From NCBI GenBank assembly GCA_965261735.1, contig OZ253470.1:4448001-4512000 (forward strand): DNA of 64,000 bases, in the 5' to 3' direction. Position 1 is the stretch's first letter, and each line of letters begins with the position of its first letter. The notes beneath the pieces were generated by a model that was not told the origin of the DNA, searched no databases, and saw only the letters and a program-made list of their open reading frames with translations. Positions 19,940 to 29,813 of this stretch are shown piece by piece. Source of the DNA: Alphaproteobacteria bacterium (GTDB lineage: Bacteria > Pseudomonadota > Alphaproteobacteria > SHVV01). The position numbers and the translations under genes are program-made.

Positions 19940-21889
19940 GGACGCCCCCTTCCTCGCTTGGCGTTAACAACACCGCCAACCTGGCACATCGCGATGCCGT
20001 CGGGAGGGGCGTCCACCCCATCGGTTACCTCATGGACTGGCAAGGCGACGAGAACGCGCATCTCTATTCCGTCGAATTGGATACCGGCGCGATCTGGGAC
20101 TTGACCCCAATGGTCGGCGCGCGTGCGGTCATCGTGGGGAGCAGCCCCAAGTTCCCCAACGAGCTGCTTGTGGGTCTGAACGGCCGCGACCCCCGATACA
20201 ACGATATCTATCGGATCAACGTCAGAACCGGGGAAAGGCGGCTGGTGCAGGTGAACGACCAGTTCGCCGGCTTCCTCATCGATGACGATTTCAACATTCG
20301 CTTCGCCAGCCGTCCCACCAAGGACGGGGGCAGCGAACTGCTGCGCTCCACCGCTGGCGGCGGCTGGGAGTCGTTTATCAAATTCCCGCTGGAAGATATC
20401 GAGACCAGCAAGATCTTCGGGTTCGACCGGACGGGGCGGGTCCTGTATCTGGCGGACAACCGGGGGCGGGATACCTCCGCCCTTACCGCCTTCAACCTGG
20501 ACACCGGGGAACAGACCGTCATCGCTGCCGACGCCAGGGCCGATGTGCACGGCGTGATGGCGCACCCTACCGAAAGGACCCTCCAGGCCGTCGACTTCAT
20601 CTATGAACGCAGGGAGTACCGCATTTTGGACGACTCCATCGCCCCCGAAATGGAGTACTTGCGAACGGTGGCCGTTGGCGACTTTCAGGTTATCAGCCGC
20701 ACCCTGGACGACAGCCGCTGGATCGTGGTCTACCCGGTGGATGACGGGCCGGCGCGCTACTACAGCTATGACCGGGCCAGGAAAGAGGCGACGTTCCTGT
20801 TCACGCACGCGAAAGAGTTGGAGGGGCTACCGCTGGCCAAATTGCACTCGGTCGTTATCAAGTCGCGCGACGGGCTGGACCTGGTGGGTTACTACATGCT
20901 GCCGGTGGAGAGCGACAAGGATGGCTCGGGGCGTCCGGACCATCCCTTACCGATGGTATTGCATGTGCATGGCGGCCCCCATGAGCGGGTAGAGTGGAAC
21001 TATTGTCCGTTGTGCCAACTCCTGGCCAACCGGGACTACGCCGTGTTGACCGTAAACTTCCGGGGCTCTACCGGGTTCGGCAAGGCGTTCGTCAACGCCG
21101 CCAACCTGGAGTGGGGCGGCAAGATGCACGACGACCTGATCGACGCCGTGCAGTGGGCCATCGAGCAGGGGATCGCCGACCCGCAACGGGTGGCGATTTA
21201 TGGGGCCAGCTACGGCGGCTACGCCACTCTGGTGGGCCTGACCCTTACCCCGGACACCTTCGCCTGCGGCGTGGACATCGTCGGCCCTTCGAACCTGGTT
21301 ACCCTGCTCAGCAGCATTCCACCGTACTGGGAGCCGGCGATCGAGCGGATGGTCCGTCAGATCGGCGACCACCGCACCGAGGCGGGCCGGGCCTTCCTGA
21401 CCGAGCGTTCCCCGCTTACGCACGTCGAACGCATCAGCAAGCCCCTGCTCATCGGCCACGGCGCCCATGATCCTCGGGTCAAGCAAGCCGAGGCGGAGCA
21501 AATCGTCCGGGCCATGCTGGACAGGAACCTCCCGGTCACTGCCGTCCTCTATCCCGACGAAGGGCACGGCTTCAATCGGCCCGAAAACACACTCTCCTTC
21601 CTGGCAGTAGCGGAAGCCTTCCTGGCCGAGTGTTTGGGAGGACGGCACGAACCGGTGGGGGACGACTTCGCGGGCTCGTCCATCATCGTGCCGGTCGGGG
21701 CGGAGCATATTCCAGGCCTCGTGGAAGCCCTCGAATAGCGACCGGTGGCAAGACGTGATTGGGCGAGAAACGCGGCGCTTGCCCCACGGCTTCGCAATGG
21801 AAGACGGGTCGGTCTCCGTTGCGCGGCAGCTCACCGCTTGTGCCGTCCTGCCCGGTGTCATAATCCGGAGGCCAGGGCTCTCGCGTCTA

Positions 21890-22088
21890 CGCGTGGATCG
21901 GATTGATACCGCGCTCGAATAGCAGATCTTCGACCTGTCTCACCGACAACGGGTAGCGGACATAACATCATCACCGCGAGGCGGATGACCTCGGGCGAGC
22001 TGTTGAAGTAGCGGAAGGGATTTCGCATCCGGCAAAACTATGGATGCCCCATCCTGCGCATCAATCCATTCTTGTCTGACACCGCCCC
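21890..22088 (-). mobile_element. IS6-family 5' remnant
   Basis: MRNPFRYFNSSPEVIRLAVMM..RQVEDLLFERGI; end GGCGGTGTCAGACAAG. Confidence 0.75.
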
Positions 22089-22126
22089 CATTACTTTTTC
22101 CTTGGCGAGGATTTATTCGTCCGTTG

Positions 22127-22929
22127 GGCATTGACACGTTAAGTCGGTGGCCGGATCGGGCAGGGGCCGCTACCGTCGGCGTATGACGCCAATTTCTTTC
22201 AAGCGACATCGTTTTTCGCCAGAGATCATCCAGCATGCGGTCTGGCTCTATGCTCGGTTCACGCTGTCATTTCGCGATGTCGAGGACCTGCTGGCCGAGC
22301 GCGGTATCGATGTCTCGAACGAGACGGTGCGACGCTGGTTTCTGAAATTCGGGCGCCTGATCTCAGGCAATCTTCGCCGCAGCCGTCCACGTGCCAGTGC
22401 TCGTTGGCACCTTGACGAAATGGTCATCAGGATCCGCGGCCGAAGACATTGGCTGTGGCGGGCGGTCGACGACGAAGGTGAAGTTCTCGACTTCCTGGTC
22501 CAGCCACGACGCTGCGCCCGATCGGCGCAGAGGTTGCTGCGGAAGCTGCTGAAGAAGCAGGGCTTTGCGCCGAAGCGCATTACCACGGACAAGCTCAAAT
22601 CCTACGCTGTTGCGATCCGCAAAGAGCGACTTACCGCTATTCACGATCAGGGATTGCGGGCGAACAATCGAGCCGAGAATTCACACCAGCCGGTACGTCG
22701 ACGCGAACGAAAACAACAGCGGTTCAATTCACCGGGATCCGCCCAACGGTTCCTTTCAATCCACGCCGCCGTCTACAACGCTTTCTACGTCCAGCGCCAT
22801 CTTTTACCCCGCCGCATTTTCAAGGCGTTTCGAGCCGAGACGTTCGCTGTCTGGAACCAAGGCTGGTGTGCTGCCTGATCCAGATCACGATCCAATTGTG
22901 CCGAACGCGGCAGTTAACGTGTCAATGCC
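22127..22929 (+). mobile_element. IS6-family element with intact transposase 22183-22878
   Basis: IRs GGCATTGACACGTTAA at both ends; FKRHRF, WHLDEM, NNRAENSHQP; no target duplication seen. Confidence 0.95.
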
Positions 22930-23056
22930 GGGGGACGGGATGCGGCCGCACACCCGAGGCCATTGTCCGGCGCGCAAACTCGATTCCTTGGATTCCAATC
23001 AGATCAATTGCTTGGCGTGCCGATCGGCGTCGAACCTGCGCGCCGCCCCGCAGCTA

Positions 23057-23977
23057 TCAGGAGGGGGTCACGCCAATGCAGGCGGACAAAACCTCTTCCA
23101 CCGGAGTAGGGCGAATGCCCAGGTCTTCCAGGGTCAACGCCTGCCGCCCGACGACATTGTGCCGTGACATCAATTTCACCTGATCGCGGGTCAGCGGCGG
23201 ATCGGGGTGAAATGCCGTCACGGCCGCGAGGATGTCCCACACGAGGAAGGGGACCGGGATCATGACCGTACGCCTGCCGATCCCTTCGAGCACCAACTGT
23301 ACGAGTTCCTTGTAGGCGTATACCCGCGGCCCACCGAGTTCGTAGACGCGGCATCGAGTGGAGGGATTGGCTAGAACCCTCACGCAGGCTTCCGCGACGT
23401 TTTCCACGAACACGGGTTGCAGTCTCGTGCCTCCAATTCCGAACAGCGGCAGCACCGGGCTTTGCCGTGCCAACATGGCAAGTCTGTTCAGGAAGGAATC
23501 ATCCGGACCGAATATCACGCCGGGGCGCAGGATCGTGACGCCATCGAAGGCCTCCTTGACGAGGCTTTCTCCGGTCCCCCGGGCACGGACGTAAGGCGAG
23601 TCCGACCCGGGATCGGCGCCCAGGCCTGAGATATGGATCAGTCGCAGGACCCCCGCCTGCTTCGTCTGCCTGGCGACGTGCAGGGCTCCTTCGCCGTGGA
23701 TCCTATCGAATGTCGTGCCTCCTTTCTCGACATAGTGGCCGACGGTGTTGATGACCGAAGTCGCGCCGTTCACCGCCCGTGTGACCGTCGCCTCGTCCCA
23801 TACATCTGCGTGCACCAGCTCGATCCGGCCGTCCGCGTCGAGCCGCCGCAGGAAGGCGGCGCGGTCGGGATGGCGCACGCCCACACGCACGTCGTGCCCC
23901 GCTGCGGCCAGGTGTTCCACGATCCGGTGGCCGAGGAATCCCGATCCCCCGAAAACCGTCACTAATTTGGACGCCAT
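23057..23977 (-). CDS. NAD(P)-dependent oxidoreductase, NDUFA9-like atypical SDR
   Basis: VTVFGGSGFLG, HISGLGA, ILRPGVIFG, QPVFVENVA. Confidence 0.9.
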   Translation of the reverse strand: MASKLVTVFGGSGFLGHRIVEHLAAAGHDVRVGVRHPDRAAFLRRLDADGRIELVHADVWDEATVTRAVNGATSVINTVGHYVEKGGTTFDRIHGEGALHVARQTKQAGVLRLIHISGLGADPGSDSPYVRARGTGESLVKEAFDGVTILRPGVIFGPDDSFLNRLAMLARQSPVLPLFGIGGTRLQPVFVENVAEACVRVLANPSTRCRVYELGGPRVYAYKELVQLVLEGIGRRTVMIPVPFLVWDILAAVTAFHPDPPLTRDQVKLMSRHNVVGRQALTLEDLGIRPTPVEEVLSACIGVTPS

Positions 23978-24000
23978 CGGCTCGACACCAGATACCCCGC

Positions 24001-25530
24001 TCAGGAAACGGCGTAAGGCCGGCCCGGCCGGCCCACGGCCGCGAGGAACATGACCGATTTGTCGGCCGCGTGGGGCGAGAAGAATGCGGTCACGTCGTCA
24101 TCGAGGAAGGTCAGCCCCGTGGCCTCCAGTCCCAGCGCATAGGCGGCGAGATAGACCCTGCCGCCCCGTATCCCCCCTTCGAGCTCGGCCGCGCGATAGC
24201 CGCGATCGCCGAAGCGCGCCGTCACGCGTTGCAGGTTGGCGAGGAAGTAGAGGTTGACGCTGGCCTCGCCCGCCAGGTCCTGCCCCAGCGCCAAGGCCGT
24301 CGCTTCCTCCCGAAACGTTCCCTCGCGGAGCGGCTCCAGCCCGCCGTGCGCGGGCCTGTATGCGTAGGTTCCTGCGGGGAGCCCGTCGACGGCGTTGACG
24401 ATCAGATAGAGGTCGCAGAGGGACGCTCCGGAGGGGGCCAGAAAGTCCGCGGCAATGGCGCGGTCGGTCCGGTCCAGGATCGTCGAGAGCGCGGTGAAGG
24501 AGATGCTTTTGCCGGTAAACCGGCGGCTCGATCCGCGACGCCGGATCACGGCCTCCAGCGGTTCGGCCGGAACCGCATCGTCCGCCGCTGGTTGCAGGGG
24601 GACGAGCCGGTCTGGAGAGGCTTCGGTGCCTTCGTCCATGGCCCCGCGCCACGCGGCCGCCTCGGCTCCAGTGTTCAGGCAGGAAGCGGCGTGGACCGCT
24701 GGAATGTTCGGGTACGCCACCTCGTGATGCGAGAGCGGCTCCGTCGACAGTCCGAGCGGGGCAAGCCGGGGCGGATGCGCCGCGTGAGCCGGACCGCCGC
24801 GCCCGATCGGCATCAGCATCAGGGACGCCTCCTTCTCAGGATCGACGTCGAGCAGCCGGTTGACGGGGTCGTCGGCATAACCGGCCACCAAGGCGGCCGG
24901 GAGCTCCAGGGCCGCCGCCTGCGCCAGGAGGTTGGCCGCCATGCAGCCCGAATCCCACCAAGCGTGGCGATAGGCACGCGCCTGATACTTCCAGGCGTTG
25001 CGCCACCACGTGCTCGTCAGGACCAGCACCACCGGCGCGTCGGCCACGGCGGCGTGCGCGCCGCTCGCGTCGATGAGGACCTGCCGGCAATCGCCCGGCC
25101 GTAGCAGGCACACTGAGGAATCCTTCGGCTGGAACTGATAGACGCCGGCCGGCAGGTCTTTCAGGTCGGTGCAGATCACGTAGACCTCGATGTGGTAGAG
25201 CGCGCCGGTGCAAGGCGCACCGCGGAACAGCATCTCGCCGCCCGGATAGCGCCGCCGCTTGGTGATGCCGACAGCCGACAGCAGGTGCGCCAGCTCATTC
25301 CGGCCCGCGACCCGGTCGCCGCCGGCGTCTACTCCCGGTTCTGCCAGCGCGGCCAGCGCCGGAACCGCCGAGTCCGGCAAATCGGTCGAGAGCGGCTGGC
25401 GCGCCAAGTCGATATAGATCTTGAAGGGGTGCGGCATGTTCGCAAAGTCGAGGGAGTGGGGATTGGCGCGAATGCGCTCCCACGAATGCTTGGTGGACTC
25501 GTGGTAGTCCAAGGCCCTCATGATCCACAC
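24001..25530 (-). CDS. SagB/ThcOx-family dehydrogenase (tandem nitroreductase domains)
   Basis: YHESTKH, RGAPCTGALY, WKYQARAYR, IRRRGSSRRF, GDRGYR; start may be the ATG at 25522. Confidence 0.88.
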   Translation of the reverse strand: MWIMRALDYHESTKHSWERIRANPHSLDFANMPHPFKIYIDLARQPLSTDLPDSAVPALAALAEPGVDAGGDRVAGRNELAHLLSAVGITKRRRYPGGEMLFRGAPCTGALYHIEVYVICTDLKDLPAGVYQFQPKDSSVCLLRPGDCRQVLIDASGAHAAVADAPVVLVLTSTWWRNAWKYQARAYRHAWWDSGCMAANLLAQAAALELPAALVAGYADDPVNRLLDVDPEKEASLMLMPIGRGGPAHAAHPPRLAPLGLSTEPLSHHEVAYPNIPAVHAASCLNTGAEAAAWRGAMDEGTEASPDRLVPLQPAADDAVPAEPLEAVIRRRGSSRRFTGKSISFTALSTILDRTDRAIAADFLAPSGASLCDLYLIVNAVDGLPAGTYAYRPAHGGLEPLREGTFREEATALALGQDLAGEASVNLYFLANLQRVTARFGDRGYRAAELEGGIRGGRVYLAAYALGLEATGLTFLDDDVTAFFSPHAADKSVMFLAAVGRPGRPYAVS

Positions 25531-25531
25531 G

Positions 25532-26191
25532 TCAGTGGTGCTCGCCCTGCCATAGCGGCTTGCTCAGCTCCGCCGCGTAGCCGGACAGCATGACGTTGAA
25601 GCTCACGCTGATCCGGTCTCGATCGCCGCGGTTGGCGTCCACCGAATGCGGCAGCCACGCCGGGAACAGCAGGACCGTGCCCTCGGCCCACCCGCACGAC
25701 CACCTGGTCGGTATTATCGGCGGTGAGCTCGACGACGGGCGGCCGCAGAATCTCCGTCTGGATGCGCGGATCGTGAAAATTGATGGTGTCCCGCCATTCG
25801 GCACCCGCACATAGTAGACGCCGCTCAGGAAGTTGTTGGGATGGCTGTGGAGCCCGTGTGCGGCGCCCGGCGCATTCATGTTGGCCCAGCAGCCGGACAT
25901 CTCCAACGCCACTTCGCCGACACGCAGATAGTCGAGGACGTCCCTCACGGTCACGCCGATGCTTTCGGTCAGTTCGCGAAACTCATGCAGCTCGTGCAAA
26001 TCGTGCCCCGACTGCCATCCGCGGCCTGCGGCGGGGTTGGCCGTTCCGCGTCGCAGCGCGGCGAGCTTGGTAACGATCGCCTCGTTGATGCGACGGCAGG
26101 CATCGGGCCTGATCTCGGCCCTCCACACGACGGTCGGGAAGAGCCGCATCGCACCGGCTTCCATGATCGGGGACTGTTGCGGTCCCTCCAC
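25532..26191 (-). CDS. TIGR02466-like putative 2OG-Fe(II) oxygenase with two compensating frameshifts
   Basis: WANM..PG..HGLHSHPNNFLSGVYY, LLFPAWLPHSV, RISVSFN; the conserved-looking INFHDPR lies in another frame at ~25690-25795. Confidence 0.8.
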   Translation of the reverse strand: MEGPQQSPIMEAGAMRLFPTVVWRAEIRPDACRRINEAIVTKLAALRRGTANPAAGRGWQSGHDLHELHEFRELTESIGVTVRDVLDYLRVGEVALEMSGCWANMNAPGAAHGLHSHPNNFLSGVYYVRVPNGGTPSIFTIRASRRRFCGRPSSSSPPIIPTRWSCGWAEGTVLLFPAWLPHSVDANRGDRDRISVSFNVMLSGYAAELSKPLWQGEHH

Positions 26192-26256
26192 CGGCCCCTC
26201 CGCCGCCGCTCCGCTTCAACCGAGGCCATGCCGCCAACGCCAGGAAGGCGCCCGAC

Positions 26257-27062
26257 GGCATTGTCACGTTAACAGCGTGGCTTCGGCACGGCCGGTGCTT
26301 TAGCATCTCTGGATGTGCAAGATATCCTACCGTCGTCACCGCTTTCCACCGGTCATCATCCAGCATGCCGTCTGGCTCTATTGCCGTTTCACGCTGAGCT
26401 ATCGGGACGTTGATGACCTGCTTGCCGAGCGTGGTCTCGACATCTCGTATGAGACAGTTCGAAGATGGGTCTTGAAATTCGGTCGGGCCTATGCGCGGCG
26501 GATTCAACGTCGGCGGCCACGACCGACCGAACGCTGGCACCTGGACGAGATGGTCGTCGTAATTCGAGGGAGGCAGTTCTATCTCTGGCGTGCCGTGGAC
26601 AGTGAGGGCGAAGTCCTGGATTTCCTGGTTCAATCCCGCAGGAACGCTCGGGCGGCAATTCGGCTGATGCGGAAACTCTTGAAGAAGCAGGGCTTCGCGC
26701 CGGCGACGATTGTAACCGATAAACTCCGCTCCTACGGCACCGCGATCCGTTTGCTTGCCCTCTCGGCTCAGCATGAGCAAGGCCTGCGAAAGAACAATCG
26801 GGCAGAAAATTCACATCAGCCGGTGCGACGACGAGAGCGAAAGATGCAGCGGTTCAAATCGCCCGCGTCCGCGCAGCGGTTCCTCGCCGTCCATGCGACC
26901 GTCTACAACCTCTTCAACGTCCAACGCCATCTGGTCTCCCGCCGAACACTCCGCCAATTCCGCGGCGACGCGATGAGACAGTGGCGGCAAGTGACGACCG
27001 TTGCATAATCTCCGGCGTCGGCGCCCACAAGCTGGTTACACGGTGGTTAACGTGACAACGCC
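26257..27062 (+). mobile_element. IS6-family element with intact transposase 26313-27008
   Basis: IRs GGCATTGTCACGTTAAC / GTTAACGTGACAACGCC; DDE motifs. Confidence 0.95.
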
Positions 27063-27127
27063 CTGCCGACGGTTCGCAGCCGGCTGCAGGCGCGGCCGGG
27101 CCCCCAGGCCGGGGCCCCTGTCCGTCG

Positions 27128-28186
27128 TCAATCGGCGCTGAGGCACCTTTCAAACGCGTTGCCGAGGCCGCGCACGATCTCGAACCAGGCATCCGGGCCG
27201 GGCCGGGCGGCGACGCCGATCGGATCAAGGGCCCCGGTGCGGACCTTTGTCCCCTCGACGACGGTCCGCACGAGATCCGGCTCGAATTGCGGTTCGGTGA
27301 ACACGCACAGGACGTTGCGCGTGACGAGCGCCCTGCGCAATTCGGCGAGCCGCCTGGCGCCCGGCGGCCGGGCGGGGTCGACGGCAACCGCCCCGACACC
27401 GGTGAGCCCGAACGCATGCTCGAAATACCGGTAGCCGTCGTGAAACACGATGAAGGCGCGCTTGCGCACGGGCGCCAGTTGCTTGCGCAGAGCCGCCACC
27501 TGCGCATCGATCCGCTTGCGCATCGCGGCTTCGTTGCGGCGGTAGGCTCCGGCATTGGCGGGATCGACCCGGATCAGCGCATCCGCGACGACGGAGACGA
27601 TCCGGCCGGCATTGCCGGGATCGAGCCAGATGTGCATGTCGAACTCGTCATGCTCGTGGCCGTGGTCGTCCTTTTCGTCCTTATGGACTTCCGCGGCCTC
27701 TTCTTCCTTCCAGACCCCGCCCTCGCGATTGGGCAGCAGACGCATCCCGGCCGCTTCATGCAACGTCACGACCGTGGCGCCGCTGCCGAGATTGGAGATC
27801 GGACGGTCGAGGAACGTCTCCAGATTTTCGCCGACCCAGACGATGAGATCGGCATTGTGCAGCTTCTTCGCTTCGGACGGCCGCATCAGGTACATGTGAG
27901 GTGACGCCGCACCGGGCACCATCAACCAGGGCTCGCCCACCCCGCGCATCACGCCGGCGACGAGGGAATGGACCGGCTTGATGCTGACGACGACCTCGGG
28001 CGCGGCATTGGCGCCAGGCGTGTGCATGCCGGCGACCAGAAAAGTCGCCGCGCATATCAACTTTTTGGGGCTTATATACCGGGGTTGACGCAACGAGGGA
28101 GGGTCGAGGCATGTGGTGTCCTCGGCATTTGCGCTATTCATCCTCAAGAAACCGCCATTGGTTTTTCGAAGACCTCCCGATTGCAC
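27128..28186 (-). CDS. znuA: Zinc ABC transporter substrate-binding protein (start uncertain)
   Basis: VVVSIKPVHSLV, GAASPH, His/acidic loop, DMHIWLDP, FHDGYRYFE, EPQF. Confidence 0.9.
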   Translation of the reverse strand: MQSGGLRKTNGGFLRMNSANAEDTTCLDPPSLRQPRYISPKKLICAATFLVAGMHTPGANAAPEVVVSIKPVHSLVAGVMRGVGEPWLMVPGAASPHMYLMRPSEAKKLHNADLIVWVGENLETFLDRPISNLGSGATVVTLHEAAGMRLLPNREGGVWKEEEAAEVHKDEKDDHGHEHDEFDMHIWLDPGNAGRIVSVVADALIRVDPANAGAYRRNEAAMRKRIDAQVAALRKQLAPVRKRAFIVFHDGYRYFEHAFGLTGVGAVAVDPARPPGARRLAELRRALVTRNVLCVFTEPQFEPDLVRTVVEGTKVRTGALDPIGVAARPGPDAWFEIVRGLGNAFERCLSAD

Positions 28187-28234
28187 TCCATGACCGATAA
28201 CCTCTGGGCGATTTCCAGTTTATCTTCATCTTTC

Positions 28235-28756
28235 CGCAAGCTGGCCCCGAAGTGAATTGATCGTCTGCGTGCGTTGGCGGACAAGCAGCGCGCGGGTGCG
28301 GAACAGCATTGCATCCGCCTGCGCTTCTTCCGACTTCACTGCCACGAACCGCATGGTGGGGCGCTGTGCCGCCTCGACGATCGCGGCCGCGTCGTTACTG
28401 TCATTCTTCTGCCGTTTCAGGAATGGCTTGACATAGATCGGCGGGATCAGCTTGCACGTGTGGCCAAGAGCGAGAATCTGTCGACCCCAGTAATGCGCGC
28501 CGCCGCAGGCCTCCATCACAACCAGGCACGGCGGCGCTTCGGAGAGGAATACAAGGAACTTTTCTCGCGAAAGCTTTTTGCCGAACACCGGCTTGCCTTC
28601 CGCCGTTGCCCCATGGAGTTGGAAACTCCTCTTTGATATATCGATGCCAATGATGTTAATCCGGTCCACGGACGCCTCCTTCGTTGATCGAACGCACCCC
28701 ACGTGCGTTCCTTCCTGGCGCTTATGACGCCGTCAGATGGGGGCGTTCACCCCATC
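28235..28756 (-). mobile_element. IS110-family element, 3'-truncated
   Basis: IGIDISK, MEACG, KNDSNDA; sub-terminal IR GTGAACGCCCC; abuts IS1380 transposase sequence. Confidence 0.88.
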
Positions 28757-29668
28757 GCTTCAGGAGATGAGCGATGCTCTCTTGCAACACCTTGTTGGCG
28801 GGCAGCCGGATGGCGTAGGGCATTCCTTCGGCTTCGAGGTAGTCGTAGATCTCCGGTGAGGCGAAGGCCGCATCGCCGCGGAAGTAGGGGCGGATGGCTC
28901 GTTCCTTGTAACGTTCGACCACCGGTACCAGGCATCACGCCATCCGTGGGCGCTGTGCACGTTGCCGGGGCGCAGCGCGCAACGCTCCAGGTCGCCGAAC
29001 TGGTTGAAAACGAACAGCGGGTGATAACAGGTGCAGCCGAAGTGGCCGTTATAGGCCGTGCTCTCCTGCTCACCGAATGTCGGGCTGACGGAGCTGTCCA
29101 TGTCGAGCACCACGCGCCTCGGCGGATCGTGGTCGTGAACCCGGTCGATCCACATCCCCGACAGGTCCGCAAGGGCCGCGAGGTTCTCGTTGTTCGCCAG
29201 CAGCTCGGTCTCGAACCGCCCCATCTGGCTGGTCGATGCCCCGCCGCGCTCGACCGCCTTGCCGCCGACGATCCAGCGCATCGCGGGATCACGCCCGAGC
29301 CGGTCGGCGTCGTTGACATCCTCGTAGCCGGCGAGACGCCCATAGACGGACTGGCGAAGGAGGCTGACGATGCCGTGCCAGCTGTTCCTGCCCGTGCGGC
29401 TATCCGCGAGCACGCCGCCCGCCAGTGCGGTCAGCCCGAGTGCGTCGTCCAGTTCGCGATAAGCGAGCAACCCCGCATCGGAGGTCACCCGCGATCCGTG
29501 GAACTCCAGTTTCAGGCGGCGGTCGAAAAGGGGCCGGAGTGGCCCATGATCCGATTCACCCTCCGGGTTCCGCATCCGGGCCGCCCTCCGACACCCTCAA
29601 GCCAGTGATTCTTATAGCAGAATCGTGCCAATCCGGCATCAGGCGAAGCGGTCACTTGAGAAATGCGG
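28757..29668 (-). mobile_element. IS1380-family element, frameshifted and truncated
   Basis: [36 protein letters not shown]. Confidence 0.9.
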
Positions 29669-29671
29669 CGT

Positions 29672-29805
29672 TAGTCACCGGTTCGCTTGAGCAGCTGGTG
29701 CCCGGGGATCACGTCCTGGCCCGTGTGGACCGTGTTCTCGATCTGGGCTGGCTGCACGAGGAAGTAGCGGACTGCTATTGTCCGGGCAACGGTCGCCCGG
29801 GTATC
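29672..29805 (+). pseudogene. IS5/IS1182-type transposase N-terminal fragment
   Basis: SLEQLVPGDHVLARVDRVLDL..YCPGNGRPGI. Confidence 0.7.
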
Positions 29806-29813
29806 GGACTAGT

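Larger units (their letters stand above)
18650..20023 (-). mobile_element. Complete IS110 family (IS1111 group) element
   Basis: Sub-terminal IRs GTGGACGCCCC / GGGGCGTCCAC; CATCG at both junctions (18645-18649, 20019-20023). Confidence 0.95.
18250..21738 (+). pseudogene. S9 prolyl oligopeptidase / acylaminoacyl peptidase interrupted by IS110
   Basis: Removing the IS restores DHIGYLMD and a 704-aa frame; HGGP, GASYGG, DPRV, DEGHGF. Confidence 0.93.

Noticed and set aside
19711-20023. N-terminus of the 675-aa ORF
   Set aside because: Antisense IS110 sequence in frame with the peptidase; the true 5' part is 18250-18649
24001-25530. Azole-containing RiPP cluster
   Set aside because: No YcaO cyclodehydratase, precursor peptide or transporter nearby
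26249-27070. 8-bp target duplication around the second IS6
   Set aside because: CGCCCGAC versus CTGCCGAC match only 6/8; not claimed
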